From NCBI GenBank assembly GCA_038204995.1, contig JBBRCH010000008.1, positions 18,077 to 82,076 on the forward strand: a stretch of DNA of 64,000 bases, given 5' to 3'. Below the pieces are notes generated by a model, which had not been told where the DNA came from, ran no database searches, and worked only from the letters and a program-made list of their open reading frames with translations. Positions 1 through 9,456 of this stretch are shown piece by piece (positions within the stretch are counted from its first letter, which is position 1; each line of letters begins with the position of its first letter). Source of the stretch: Bacteroidales bacterium. Its GTDB lineage: Bacteria; Bacteroidota; Bacteroidia; Bacteroidales; UBA4417. The position numbers and the translations under genes were made by a program.

Positions 1-54
1 TCGGATTGTGATTCCAGTTCATTAAAATAATTTCCTGCTTCAACCCTGAATTTG

Positions 55-62
55 TAACTTTG
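55..62 (+). promoter_or_regulatory. Bacteroidota sigma70 -7 element (TAnnTTTG)
   Basis: TAACTTTG about 45 bp upstream of the ATG at 108. Confidence 0.5.
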
Positions 63-107
63 TGAATTAATATTGAAACAATATCAAAACTCTCAGATCG
101 CATATCT

Positions 108-2024
108 ATGAAATTTAACAATAAAAAACTTTCCCTGATTGCATTATGCTCATCTGCTATTGTATTAATAATTTTAAACTATCTTTCAACAGGCGTTAAT
201 GGCGAAACCGATTCAATTGCCCATTATCAGTTAGCACGATATGCATTTAAATATCCTGAATACTTTTTAAATCACTGGGGGAAACCCCTGTTTACTATTC
301 TAGCTTCACCTCTGGCACAGTTTGGATATAGCGGTGCCGTGGTATTCAACCTGATTTGTGGTTTGTTTAGCGCATGGTTTGCATACCTGATCGCAAAGCG
401 ATTGGAATACCGCCATGCCTGGGCTGCCATCATTTTTACCGTTTTTACACCTTTGTATCTGATAATTATGTTTACTAGCCTGACTGAAATTCTTTTCAGC
501 CTGGTACTGATTTCTGCAATTTACCTTTTTATAAGCAAACGATTTGTCTGGTCGGCAATTGCAATTTCTCTTATTCCGTTTGCACGAACTGAAGGGGTGA
601 TGTTCGTGGTTCTCTTTATCCCTTCATTTTTATTGATAAAGCAATACAAAGCACTGCCTTTCCTGCTCACCGGCTTTGTTTTTTTTGGACTCACCGGACT
701 GCCTCAATACCACGATTTCTTCTGGTTTTTTACAAAAATGCCTTATTCTATCAATAGTTCATCCTTATACGGAAGCGGTTCATTCTGGTATTATTTCGGG
801 ATGCTGGGTGAAATAATGAATTATCCGCTTATTATCCTGGTAATTACAGGCCTTATTTTTATAGCCTGGAACCTTATTAGGAAAGGAGTCAACAACCTAC
901 ATGATATCAAATATGTAACGCTTTATTTCCTCATTATTCCATCAATTTTCGGTTTCATACTTGCTCAGAGTTTCCTTTGGTGGAAAGGTTTGGGCGTTTT
1001 GGCTTCGAACAGGTTTATTGCTTGCATTCTACCCTTGGTATCAATAATCTCACTAATCGGTTTTGAATGGATAATGGAAAAAGCAAAATCAATCAGAATC
1101 ATCTATTTTTCTCTGGGAGTTTTTATTATCTCAATAGTGGTTTATAAGCCTTTTACACATAACCACCTACCCATGAAGACAGGTATAAATTTTGCCGTAA
1201 TGCAAGATCTGACTACCTGGCTTAAAACAACACCTTATAGCAACCGCAAAGCTTTCTATTCCGATCCCATGTATCCTTTCTATATGAATCTGGATCCTTC
1301 GGATCCTGACAGGTGCTTCAGGGCATATTCCTATGAAAACGAAGATCCTTCTGCACTAATGAAACCAGGAGAACTTTTAATCTGGGATGCCCAGTTCACC
1401 GGTTTCGAAGGCCACCTGCCTTTCGATTCATTGATGAAGAACAATAACTTTAGATTGTTAAATATTTTTACACCTATCGAATCTTTTACCATTATTGGTG
1501 GTGAAAAGTATAAGCTGGCCGTTTTTATGAAAGCCCCCCGCGACACAACCCGGAATGTCTACAAACAGTTTTATTTCAACGACTTCGAAGGCAGCCTGCC
1601 CGAAAATAATGCGAAGCAAATCACCTCCAGGTTCAGCTATAGCGGGAATCATTCATTTCAAATATCGCCGGATTGTATTTATAGCCCATCGGCTGAAGGA
1701 AAACTGAAGAGCCTACCGGGCGTAAGTAACATATCATTAAGAGCCAGTGTCCGCATACTGAATCCTTCAGCAACTGAAAAGGGCAATATTTTATTGGTTT
1801 TAAGCATTGAAGAACCCGGGCATAAAGTATATAAGTATAATGCTGTCAAAGATTCGGAAAGCAGCAATAAACCTGGCGAATGGTTCGAAATAAAATTTAC
1901 GGATGTAATCAGCCATAACATTCCTGTTGATGGGAGCTATAAGGTTTATGTATGGTATACCGGGAAAAATAATATTTATATCGATGACCTCACGTTGGAT
2001 TATATGCCAGTGGGGTACGAATAG
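108..2024 (+). CDS. GT-C-fold (ArnT/PMT-like) membrane glycosyltransferase with C-terminal CBM-like domain
   Basis: About 11 hydrophobic segments; acidic first loop (GETDSIAHY), WGKPLF, SLTE and ARTEG motifs; soluble C-terminus ending YKVYVWYTGKNNIYIDDL. Confidence 0.7.
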   Translation: MKFNNKKLSLIALCSSAIVLIILNYLSTGVNGETDSIAHYQLARYAFKYPEYFLNHWGKPLFTILASPLAQFGYSGAVVFNLICGLFSAWFAYLIAKRLEYRHAWAAIIFTVFTPLYLIIMFTSLTEILFSLVLISAIYLFISKRFVWSAIAISLIPFARTEGVMFVVLFIPSFLLIKQYKALPFLLTGFVFFGLTGLPQYHDFFWFFTKMPYSINSSSLYGSGSFWYYFGMLGEIMNYPLIILVITGLIFIAWNLIRKGVNNLHDIKYVTLYFLIIPSIFGFILAQSFLWWKGLGVLASNRFIACILPLVSIISLIGFEWIMEKAKSIRIIYFSLGVFIISIVVYKPFTHNHLPMKTGINFAVMQDLTTWLKTTPYSNRKAFYSDPMYPFYMNLDPSDPDRCFRAYSYENEDPSALMKPGELLIWDAQFTGFEGHLPFDSLMKNNNFRLLNIFTPIESFTIIGGEKYKLAVFMKAPRDTTRNVYKQFYFNDFEGSLPENNAKQITSRFSYSGNHSFQISPDCIYSPSAEGKLKSLPGVSNISLRASVRILNPSATEKGNILLVLSIEEPGHKVYKYNAVKDSESSNKPGEWFEIKFTDVISHNIPVDGSYKVYVWYTGKNNIYIDDLTLDYMPVGYE

Positions 2025-2053
2025 GTTGTAAGAGTCAGAAGGGTTTAAATTTT

Positions 2054-2072
2054 AGCTTCACTAAGCTCAGCT
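2054..2072. repeat. Short REP-like palindrome (CTGAGC..GAAG type)
   Basis: Reverse complement AGCTGAGCTTAGTGAAGCT resembles CACTGAGCCTGCCGAAGTG at 58625-58643. Confidence 0.4.
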
Positions 2073-2169
2073 GCGACTGGCAAAGAGTTTAAAAGTCTGA
2101 TAAATAATAGTATACCTAAAGGCAACCTTCTCCCTGTCCTTTTATCTTATAAACAAAAGAGCGAGTTTC

Positions 2170-4020
2170 ATGAATAAGAAACCTAAAATAGCAATTACCC
2201 CGTCAGCCTGGATAAGCCTCCTGCTGATAAGCGGAATTGTATTTTTCAGATTCATGTATCCGCCTGTAAATATACTTTCATGGGATGTTTTCGGCTACTA
2301 TCTCTATCTGCCTGCAACATTTATTTATCATGATCTGAAGCTTACCGATATTTCATGGGTAAATCAGCTCATTGACCAATACCAGACTACTTCAACCCTT
2401 TACCAGGCTACCTTATTGCCTGATGGCGGATGGGTAATGAAATACTCCATGGGAATGGCAGTATTAAATACCCCTGCTTTTTTTATAGCTCACATTTTCA
2501 GCTTCGCTGCCGGTTTTAAACCGGATGGTTTTTCACTCCCTTATCAATATGCATGGGCAGTCAGCGGATTGGTATATGCTACCATTGGTATACTTATGCT
2601 CCGTAAGGTTTTATTGGAGTTTTTCGACGATGGGGTCACCAGTGTTGTGCTTGTATTAACTGTACTGGCTACCAACTATTTTCAGCTTACTGCCTTCGAC
2701 GGTTATCTTTCGCATAACTATTTGTTCACACTTTATACCATCATAGTATGGTTTACTATTCGTTGGCATAAGGAACCCAGGTTGCAATATGCATTGTGGC
2801 TGGGGCTGGCTTTGGGCCTGGCTGTGCTGGTGAGACCCTCGGAGCTGGTTTGTATAATAATACCGGTTTTGTGGGGCATTAGTGATTATCAAAGTTTTAA
2901 ACAGAAACTCCAAATCCTGAGATTGAACTACATGCATATTGTCATACTGGTATTTTGCGTATTAATTGCCGGGTTACCTCAGCTGATTTACTGGAAATAC
3001 AGTACAGGCCATTGGATTTACTACAGCTATAACAATGCCGGCGAAGGATTCGATTTCGCTCAGCCTTATGTATTGGAAGTATTGTTCAGTTTCCGCAAAG
3101 GATGGTTTATCTATACTCCGGTTATGGTTTTCGCTATTGCAGGTTTTATAAACCTTTACAGAAAAAACCTGTCGTTGTTTTACAGCATACTGGTGTATTC
3201 TGTTGTAAACCTGTATATTGTTTCGAGCTGGACCTGCTGGTGGTATGCCGGCGGAAGTTACAGTCAGCGGGCCTTGCTGTCTTCATATGTATTACTTGCA
3301 ATACCTATGGGTTACCTGGTTCAATCAGTACTTTCGTGGAATAAAATCCTGCGGTATTTGACGGGCGCGTTCATAAGCATAATACTTTTGCTCAATCTTT
3401 TCCAGACATGGCAGTGGGCGCATGGCATCATTGACCGCACACGCATGACAAAAGCCTATTACATGTCCACATTCGGTAAGACTACCGTTACGGATGCTGA
3501 CCGGAAGCTTCTGATGATTGAACGACCCACTGATGATAATGAAGTCTTAAAAAACGAAGAAGATTACAGTCGCAGGACTGCTGCCTTTTTTGATTTTGAA
3601 AACCCTGATGATCATGTTAGTTTGCTTAGCAGCGACACTGTTTTCGCAGGTAAATATTCGTTATATCTTGATGAAAAGCATCCGTTCTCTCCTGCTTTTG
3701 AACTGCCGTTCTCAGGACTCACTACGAAAGATCATGCATGGATCCGTGCTTCAGTGGAGGTGTTTCCACCGGATAAAGTGAAAGATAACATGGCAAGTCT
3801 GGTAATTACTTTTCAGCACAAAGGTGAACCCTACCATTACAGGGCTGTGAGCATTTCAGATACTTCATTTCATATGAAACCAGGCCAATGGAACAATATG
3901 CAAATGGATTACCTGACACCGGAAGTGCGTTCGAAAAGTGATACTGTGAAAATCTATTTCTGGGTACAGGGGAAAGATCCTGTTTTGATCGATAACCTGA
4001 AGATTGAAATATTTGAGTAA
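2170..4020 (+). CDS. GT-C-fold membrane glycosyltransferase with C-terminal CBM-like domain
   Basis: Multi-TM; SWDVFGYYLYLPA, KYSMG, LVRP and GWFIYTP motifs; C-terminus KIYFWVQGKDPVLIDNL. Confidence 0.7.
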   Translation: MNKKPKIAITPSAWISLLLISGIVFFRFMYPPVNILSWDVFGYYLYLPATFIYHDLKLTDISWVNQLIDQYQTTSTLYQATLLPDGGWVMKYSMGMAVLNTPAFFIAHIFSFAAGFKPDGFSLPYQYAWAVSGLVYATIGILMLRKVLLEFFDDGVTSVVLVLTVLATNYFQLTAFDGYLSHNYLFTLYTIIVWFTIRWHKEPRLQYALWLGLALGLAVLVRPSELVCIIIPVLWGISDYQSFKQKLQILRLNYMHIVILVFCVLIAGLPQLIYWKYSTGHWIYYSYNNAGEGFDFAQPYVLEVLFSFRKGWFIYTPVMVFAIAGFINLYRKNLSLFYSILVYSVVNLYIVSSWTCWWYAGGSYSQRALLSSYVLLAIPMGYLVQSVLSWNKILRYLTGAFISIILLLNLFQTWQWAHGIIDRTRMTKAYYMSTFGKTTVTDADRKLLMIERPTDDNEVLKNEEDYSRRTAAFFDFENPDDHVSLLSSDTVFAGKYSLYLDEKHPFSPAFELPFSGLTTKDHAWIRASVEVFPPDKVKDNMASLVITFQHKGEPYHYRAVSISDTSFHMKPGQWNNMQMDYLTPEVRSKSDTVKIYFWVQGKDPVLIDNLKIEIFE

Positions 4021-4055
4021 TCTTTTTAAAATCCGATTGAGATCACTCCAGATAT

Positions 4056-4805
4056 TTATTTTGGTGTTAGATATCTTTTCGAATGTAGGACTCCCAATTT
4101 ATTCAAAAAATGCGAAACTGAGGTTTTCAATACACCAAGGGCATATACAGTGCTTCGCGTAAGGTTAATTGAAGATGCTTCTTTAAAATATTTAGTTGGG
4201 CACGTGATCTCGCCAACCGGGAAGCCTTTGTAAATGATCTGCGACATCATCTGGTTATCAAACACAAAATCATCGCTGTTTGCATGGTAATTAATGGCAG
4301 TTAATATTTCTTTCGAAAAAGCCCTGTAACCCGTATGGTACTCAGAAAGTTTCTGGTTGATCAAAATGTTCTGAATCAGAGTAAGCCCTCGGTTCGAAAT
4401 GTATTTAATCATTGGCATTCCACCTTTTAGCGCCCCGTTGCCAAGAATTCTTGAACCCAATACGACAGGGTATACCTCATTTGCAATCATATATGCCATG
4501 GATTGAATCAGGAGAGGTGTGTACTGATAATCAGGATGCAACATAATAACAATATCGCCACCTAGACTGAGGGCTGTATCGTAACAGGTTTTCTGATTAC
4601 CCCCATATCCTTTATTTGTCTCATGTTGAATAACATGCTTTATTCCTATCTGGCGTGCAACTGCCACTGTATTATCCCTGCTGCGATCATCCACCAGCAC
4701 AACTTCATCAACAATATCAAAAGGAATTTCCTTATATGTCTGCTCCAACGTCTGGCCCGCATTATATGCAGGAAGAACCACCACAATTTTCTTTCCGTTA
4801 ATCAT
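4056..4805 (-). CDS. GT2 glycosyltransferase (polyprenol-phosphate sugar synthase / DPM1-like)
   Basis: VVLPAYN, VDDRSRD, NKGYGG, HPDYQY and SEYHTGYRAF motifs. Confidence 0.9.
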   Translation of the reverse strand: MINGKKIVVVLPAYNAGQTLEQTYKEIPFDIVDEVVLVDDRSRDNTVAVARQIGIKHVIQHETNKGYGGNQKTCYDTALSLGGDIVIMLHPDYQYTPLLIQSMAYMIANEVYPVVLGSRILGNGALKGGMPMIKYISNRGLTLIQNILINQKLSEYHTGYRAFSKEILTAINYHANSDDFVFDNQMMSQIIYKGFPVGEITCPTKYFKEASSINLTRSTVYALGVLKTSVSHFLNKLGVLHSKRYLTPK

Positions 4806-4862
4806 ATCTATTTAATTCATTTATTTATTCCATCAAATCTGATTTCAGTCAATATCATATTT

Positions 4863-6914
4863 TCAATATTTATCGATCTGAAAATCATCAAACCAAACCG
4901 GAATTTTACTGTGGTTCCAAAGGTAAACTTTTAACTTGGTTCCCTGAAAGCCTTCAGGGATTTTAAAATCAAGCGTAACTTTCTCCCAGCCCTTGCTATC
5001 GGTTTCAATATACCCTCTGCTCTGCTGGTAAAAAGGATCGTTCCGGCCTCCTGAGGCTATCAGAAAAACATCCTGGTCGTTTCCATACCGCCAAATACTT
5101 ATTTCGAACCTATCGCCTTTTTTTACATCCTGAAGATCATAATCCATAGCGTAGCTATCATAAACCGGAAGTTTGAGTGAATGCTTGCCAGAACGTGCTT
5201 TGTCGGTGGCAATGGCCGAACTTTTACAAAACTGACCACTATCTTTTGACATAATCCATTGCTCATTTGAACTAAATATTTCAAAATCAGTCTGCAACGA
5301 CCATAACGGCGCATGGGTATTGTTTACTTCTTTAAACATTTCTGAACTTGCCGTATCGACCTGGAATACTACCTGTACCCTGCTTTCAAAAAGCCGGTTC
5401 AACCTGAGTCCACCTTCTTCTACAACTTTAAATTCATCATTCGTTAGTGGCCCTCCAACCAGCAGGATTTTGCTTCCATATTTTTTAACAAATTCACGGG
5501 CTGAAATATTGGTTTCCCAAAATTGGAAACTTTTTTCCCAGGCATTATAAAATAAGCCTTCCGGGTAGAGTTCCATCAGTTTTTCAGTGCTATACAAGCG
5601 GGAATAAACATTTCCCCACCTGAGCGAGGAATAAACATTGAAGGAAACCGGATAATAATAAACCTTTACAAACCCTTTATAATCTCTTTCGAGCCGGGTA
5701 AAAGTTTCATCAGTACTTTGATTTGATAAGCGGTAACCTTTGTAAGCCAAAGTTAAATACGGAATATTGAGTACTGATAATCCAATAAGTATTGCTACTG
5801 TTACTGGCAATGAAAACTTAAAAAGCTTTTTTGCCTTTTCGTGTATCTTACTGTCAATCAGTAAATAAGACATTACCAGAACAAAACCTGTAAGGCTTAG
5901 AGCCGGAAAAAGGTAATGGTTGCTATGGTAATGTTTTGCAACCAAAAGGATACTGGCAGCCTGTGCAAGTAGCAAAGCGGTAGCAATGTTAAACTCTTTG
6001 CTAAAAACTTTAGTATCCCGTTTAGATGTTATAAAAAGAGTTGATAACAGCACGAGAGCCACAACAAACATTACTGTTATCAAAGATTTGTTATTTTCAG
6101 CAATCGAAATCATAGAACTGAAATATACTGCAGGATCAATTAATCCCGAACTTCCCTGTCCATAGGTACCGGTATGTGTGCCCAGGTTCAGAAACCAATG
6201 AGCCATACTCATATAACCTTTAACAGCAGGTAGTGTAAATAAAACAAATGAAGGAATTATTGAAAACACATAAATCCACTTATTGCGCGTTCCTGTCAAT
6301 ACGATAAAAGGAATAATTAAAATTGGAAGAAAGGTCATTTTTGTGGCAAGTCCGAAACCTGCCAGTAATCCAAACCATAAGGGATATTTTTTACTGCCCT
6401 GGTTAACTGATTTGTAATATTTCAGCAATAGTATGATCAGCGCCGCAGTTGCTGCAAATAATAAAGGTTCGGGAGCAACTTTAGTAAAACACTCTTCGAT
6501 AAGTGTTACTGATAAAAAGGGTGCAACTTGCAGCAATAATGCAGCCCAGAAGTTTCCCAGCAGAACAAGAGTAAAAAGTCCCAGAAGCACCAACACCAAG
6601 GTATTCATCACAATCAGACCTTTGCGTAACACCTCAATATAATATTCTGAGTTCAGCAACACATCAGTTTGAAGATCATTACCCGAATACCGGAATAAAT
6701 GCGTAATCCGCAAAACAACAGCGCTATATACCTGGACGGTAGTTCCCGGATTATCATAATGGCCAACTGATTTTAATGTGGCAATATTGAGCCCGTTCAG
6801 CAGGTATGCGCTTTCGGGATCGGTCCCGTATTTGGTTCGATCGAAATTAAAACCAATCACAAGAAAGACAAGGGGAACGATAACCAGAATGTAAATCTGA
6901 AGTTTCTTAATCAT
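4863..6914 (-). CDS. GT-C-like multi-TM membrane protein with C-terminal CBM4/9-like domain
   Basis: GTDPESAY loop, PEP and GFGLATKMTF motifs, many TM segments; C-terminus SGKHSLKL...LKVYLWNHSKIPVWFDDF. Confidence 0.65.
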   Translation of the reverse strand: MIKKLQIYILVIVPLVFLVIGFNFDRTKYGTDPESAYLLNGLNIATLKSVGHYDNPGTTVQVYSAVVLRITHLFRYSGNDLQTDVLLNSEYYIEVLRKGLIVMNTLVLVLLGLFTLVLLGNFWAALLLQVAPFLSVTLIEECFTKVAPEPLLFAATAALIILLLKYYKSVNQGSKKYPLWFGLLAGFGLATKMTFLPILIIPFIVLTGTRNKWIYVFSIIPSFVLFTLPAVKGYMSMAHWFLNLGTHTGTYGQGSSGLIDPAVYFSSMISIAENNKSLITVMFVVALVLLSTLFITSKRDTKVFSKEFNIATALLLAQAASILLVAKHYHSNHYLFPALSLTGFVLVMSYLLIDSKIHEKAKKLFKFSLPVTVAILIGLSVLNIPYLTLAYKGYRLSNQSTDETFTRLERDYKGFVKVYYYPVSFNVYSSLRWGNVYSRLYSTEKLMELYPEGLFYNAWEKSFQFWETNISAREFVKKYGSKILLVGGPLTNDEFKVVEEGGLRLNRLFESRVQVVFQVDTASSEMFKEVNNTHAPLWSLQTDFEIFSSNEQWIMSKDSGQFCKSSAIATDKARSGKHSLKLPVYDSYAMDYDLQDVKKGDRFEISIWRYGNDQDVFLIASGGRNDPFYQQSRGYIETDSKGWEKVTLDFKIPEGFQGTKLKVYLWNHSKIPVWFDDFQIDKY

Positions 6915-7237
6915 AATTTTTACAATCTGGTTTTATATAAAGTGTAACCTGGGATTAAAACAGAAACAGGTTTTTAGATGGAAATATAATGTTGCCGTCA
7001 AGGTATTACACTTTGTTTAGCACCTGCAAATTTAATAAAAGTAAACAATTCCGGAAAGGAAGCTTTGAAAAGGGATTGAATTTAAAAAGTAATACCAGAG
7101 AAAATTTTCAGATAACAATGTATTCGCCTGTATTTAAGCCATTTGCCTGCCATTACAATTTCAAACCTGAGCTGTTAAAACATTTACATTCCAGTTAATC
7201 CCAATCTGAATTCCAGTCTTTTAAGTCACGTATATTT

Positions 7238-8236
7238 TTAATGGTCCTTGATTTCTCCGGATTCAGGTTTAAATAACAGGAATATACTTTTTGAGTCATC
7301 TTTGACCTGTTGTAATGAAATTGGCATCAATAGCCAGAAAACCAGGCCTATTAATCCGCCCCAGAGGAAGAATGCTGTGAAATGCATAAGTGAAAATGAA
7401 ATAGCTGTTTCATTGGCCAGGCCATAGTATGAAAACAACAGCACGAGCGTAGCTTCGCGAGTCCCAAAACCTGCAACCGATAATGGAATAATTGTACTCA
7501 GGCTCATAATACTCATAATAAAAACCACATCGATATACGAAGGAGACAAATGCAAAGCAATCATAATAAGCCAGGAAAAACCAAAATAAAGAAAGTAAGC
7601 CACGAAAGTAAGGGTCCACATGATCGGTGATCGCTTCCCGACCACTGCCAGGAAACTTTCGTAAAGAAACCTGACTACAGGTAACCGGTTTACTTTTTTG
7701 TTCTTTAATATCAATGCAAGAAATTTTATTCCGAGGATATATCCGAAGATTACCAAAGCAAGAATGCCCAGAGCATAATAGATTCCGGGATAGTTACCGA
7801 ATGATTTAAAATAAAAAAGTACCCCGGACAAACCAAACCACCCCAGCATGGTGAAATCGAATATCCTGTCGGAAACAATCGTTTTAAATGCCCCGTAAAA
7901 ACTGATCGGTGTTTCCTGACGTACGTAATACAACCTTGCAATTTCGCCGATCCGTCCGGGTGTAACTATTCCAATCGCATCGGAGGACATATAGGCGCCG
8001 AATGCCTTATAGGCCGAATAATCTGCTCCCTCATTCCTGATAAGTAAACGCCAGCGATAACTTTTTATGCCCAGTACAAATATCACCCCCAGGAGCGAAA
8101 GCAGGAAAAAACCAGGACGAACGGATCGGAGTGTATCTTCAAACCCCTTCGCATTGAATTCTACTTTCCATAAAAGGAAAAGTAGTATGGCCAGGGTTAC
8201 GGCAATCTTTATTATACTATTGAGTTTAATTTTCAT
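7238..8236 (-). CDS. Lysylphosphatidylglycerol-synthase-TM / UPF0104 flippase-like membrane protein
   Basis: RWRLL, TPGRIGEIAR, DRIFD and PLSVAGFGTRE family motifs. Confidence 0.85.
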   Translation of the reverse strand: MKIKLNSIIKIAVTLAILLFLLWKVEFNAKGFEDTLRSVRPGFFLLSLLGVIFVLGIKSYRWRLLIRNEGADYSAYKAFGAYMSSDAIGIVTPGRIGEIARLYYVRQETPISFYGAFKTIVSDRIFDFTMLGWFGLSGVLFYFKSFGNYPGIYYALGILALVIFGYILGIKFLALILKNKKVNRLPVVRFLYESFLAVVGKRSPIMWTLTFVAYFLYFGFSWLIMIALHLSPSYIDVVFIMSIMSLSTIIPLSVAGFGTREATLVLLFSYYGLANETAISFSLMHFTAFFLWGGLIGLVFWLLMPISLQQVKDDSKSIFLLFKPESGEIKDH

Positions 8237-8349
8237 TATATGCAGGAAAGGATATTAAAAGTTGGTCAAATATAAAAATATAATATCACTTGGCTTCGTC
8301 AATAGTGAAAAACATATAACATATTATAATAAATGCATAAGTAAGATAC

Positions 8350-8380
8350 AAAAAAGCCCCCGGGACTAACCGGAGGCTTT
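8350..8380 (-). terminator. Rho-independent terminator after korB
   Basis: Minus strand AAAGCCTCCGG-ttagtc-CCGGGGGCTTTTTT. Confidence 0.8.
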
Positions 8381-8400
8381 AATCAGAAAACAATCAGAAT

Positions 8401-9444
8401 CTATTTTATTTCCCAGGTATCGCCGCTGTTAAGCAGGTCATCCACACAAAGGATTTTACTTGTGGCTTTAGCATGCGCTATTTGGTCCACCACTAAATCG
8501 TCGTAAGTTGGGTACATGGCCGACCGAATTACACCCAAAGCAACAGGGAAATTAGGCGGGTACATCTTTGCAACCATCAGGTGTACGCCTGGGTCCTGCT
8601 GAAATTGATCGTGAACAAGGAGATCCTTTTCAGTAATTCCGTTTTCACCTATAGTTACAACTTCGAGTCGTGTACCTTTCAACCGGATGCCTTTATCCCG
8701 GTTCTTGCCAAAAATCATCGGTTCACCGTTTTTCAGATGAATCTGTGTATCGTCCCGAACTTCCTTATCCGTAACTGCTTTATGTGTTTTATCAGCAAAA
8801 ATGATGCAATTCTGAAGAATTTCAATTACTGAAGTACCATCGTGGCGGGCGGCTTCAAACATGACCTCGGTCATCAGTTTAACATTGGTATCCACAGCGC
8901 GGGCAAAGAAAGTGCCTTGTGCCCCCAGTACCAGTTCGCCCGGGTTGAACGGATGCTCTATAGTGCCCTGGGGCGATGATTTGGTAACAGTGCCCATCGG
9001 TGTAGTTGGGGAATATTGTCCTTTTGTGAGACCGTAAATCTGGTTATTAAACATCACGATGTTAACATCAATATTCCGGCGGATAATATGGATAAAGTGA
9101 TTACCCCCGATAGCCATGGAATCACCGTCGCCGGTGGCAATCCACACACTTAGGTTGGGATTTGCAATTTTTATTCCGGAAGCAATGGGGTTAGCACGCC
9201 CGTGGATACCGTGAAAACCATATGTATTTACGTAATACGGAAAACGAGATGAGCATCCTATACCGGAAACCATCATAAAATTTTCCTTACGGTATCCAAT
9301 TTTAGGAAACACGTTGGCAATAGAAGCTAAAATGGCATGCGCTCCGCAACCGGGACACCATTTTACCATTTGGTCGCTTACAAAATCGGCTTTGTTGAGT
9401 TCAACAACCGATCGTTCAATGGTTTTATTTGGAAATTCGAACAT
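8401..9444 (-). CDS. korB: 2-oxoacid:ferredoxin oxidoreductase beta subunit
   Basis: WCPGCG, SGIGCSSR, GDGD...NN TPP-binding motif, YGLTKGQYSPT. Confidence 0.93.
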   Translation of the reverse strand: MFEFPNKTIERSVVELNKADFVSDQMVKWCPGCGAHAILASIANVFPKIGYRKENFMMVSGIGCSSRFPYYVNTYGFHGIHGRANPIASGIKIANPNLSVWIATGDGDSMAIGGNHFIHIIRRNIDVNIVMFNNQIYGLTKGQYSPTTPMGTVTKSSPQGTIEHPFNPGELVLGAQGTFFARAVDTNVKLMTEVMFEAARHDGTSVIEILQNCIIFADKTHKAVTDKEVRDDTQIHLKNGEPMIFGKNRDKGIRLKGTRLEVVTIGENGITEKDLLVHDQFQQDPGVHLMVAKMYPPNFPVALGVIRSAMYPTYDDLVVDQIAHAKATSKILCVDDLLNSGDTWEIK

Positions 9445-9456
9445 AATTTTTACCTC

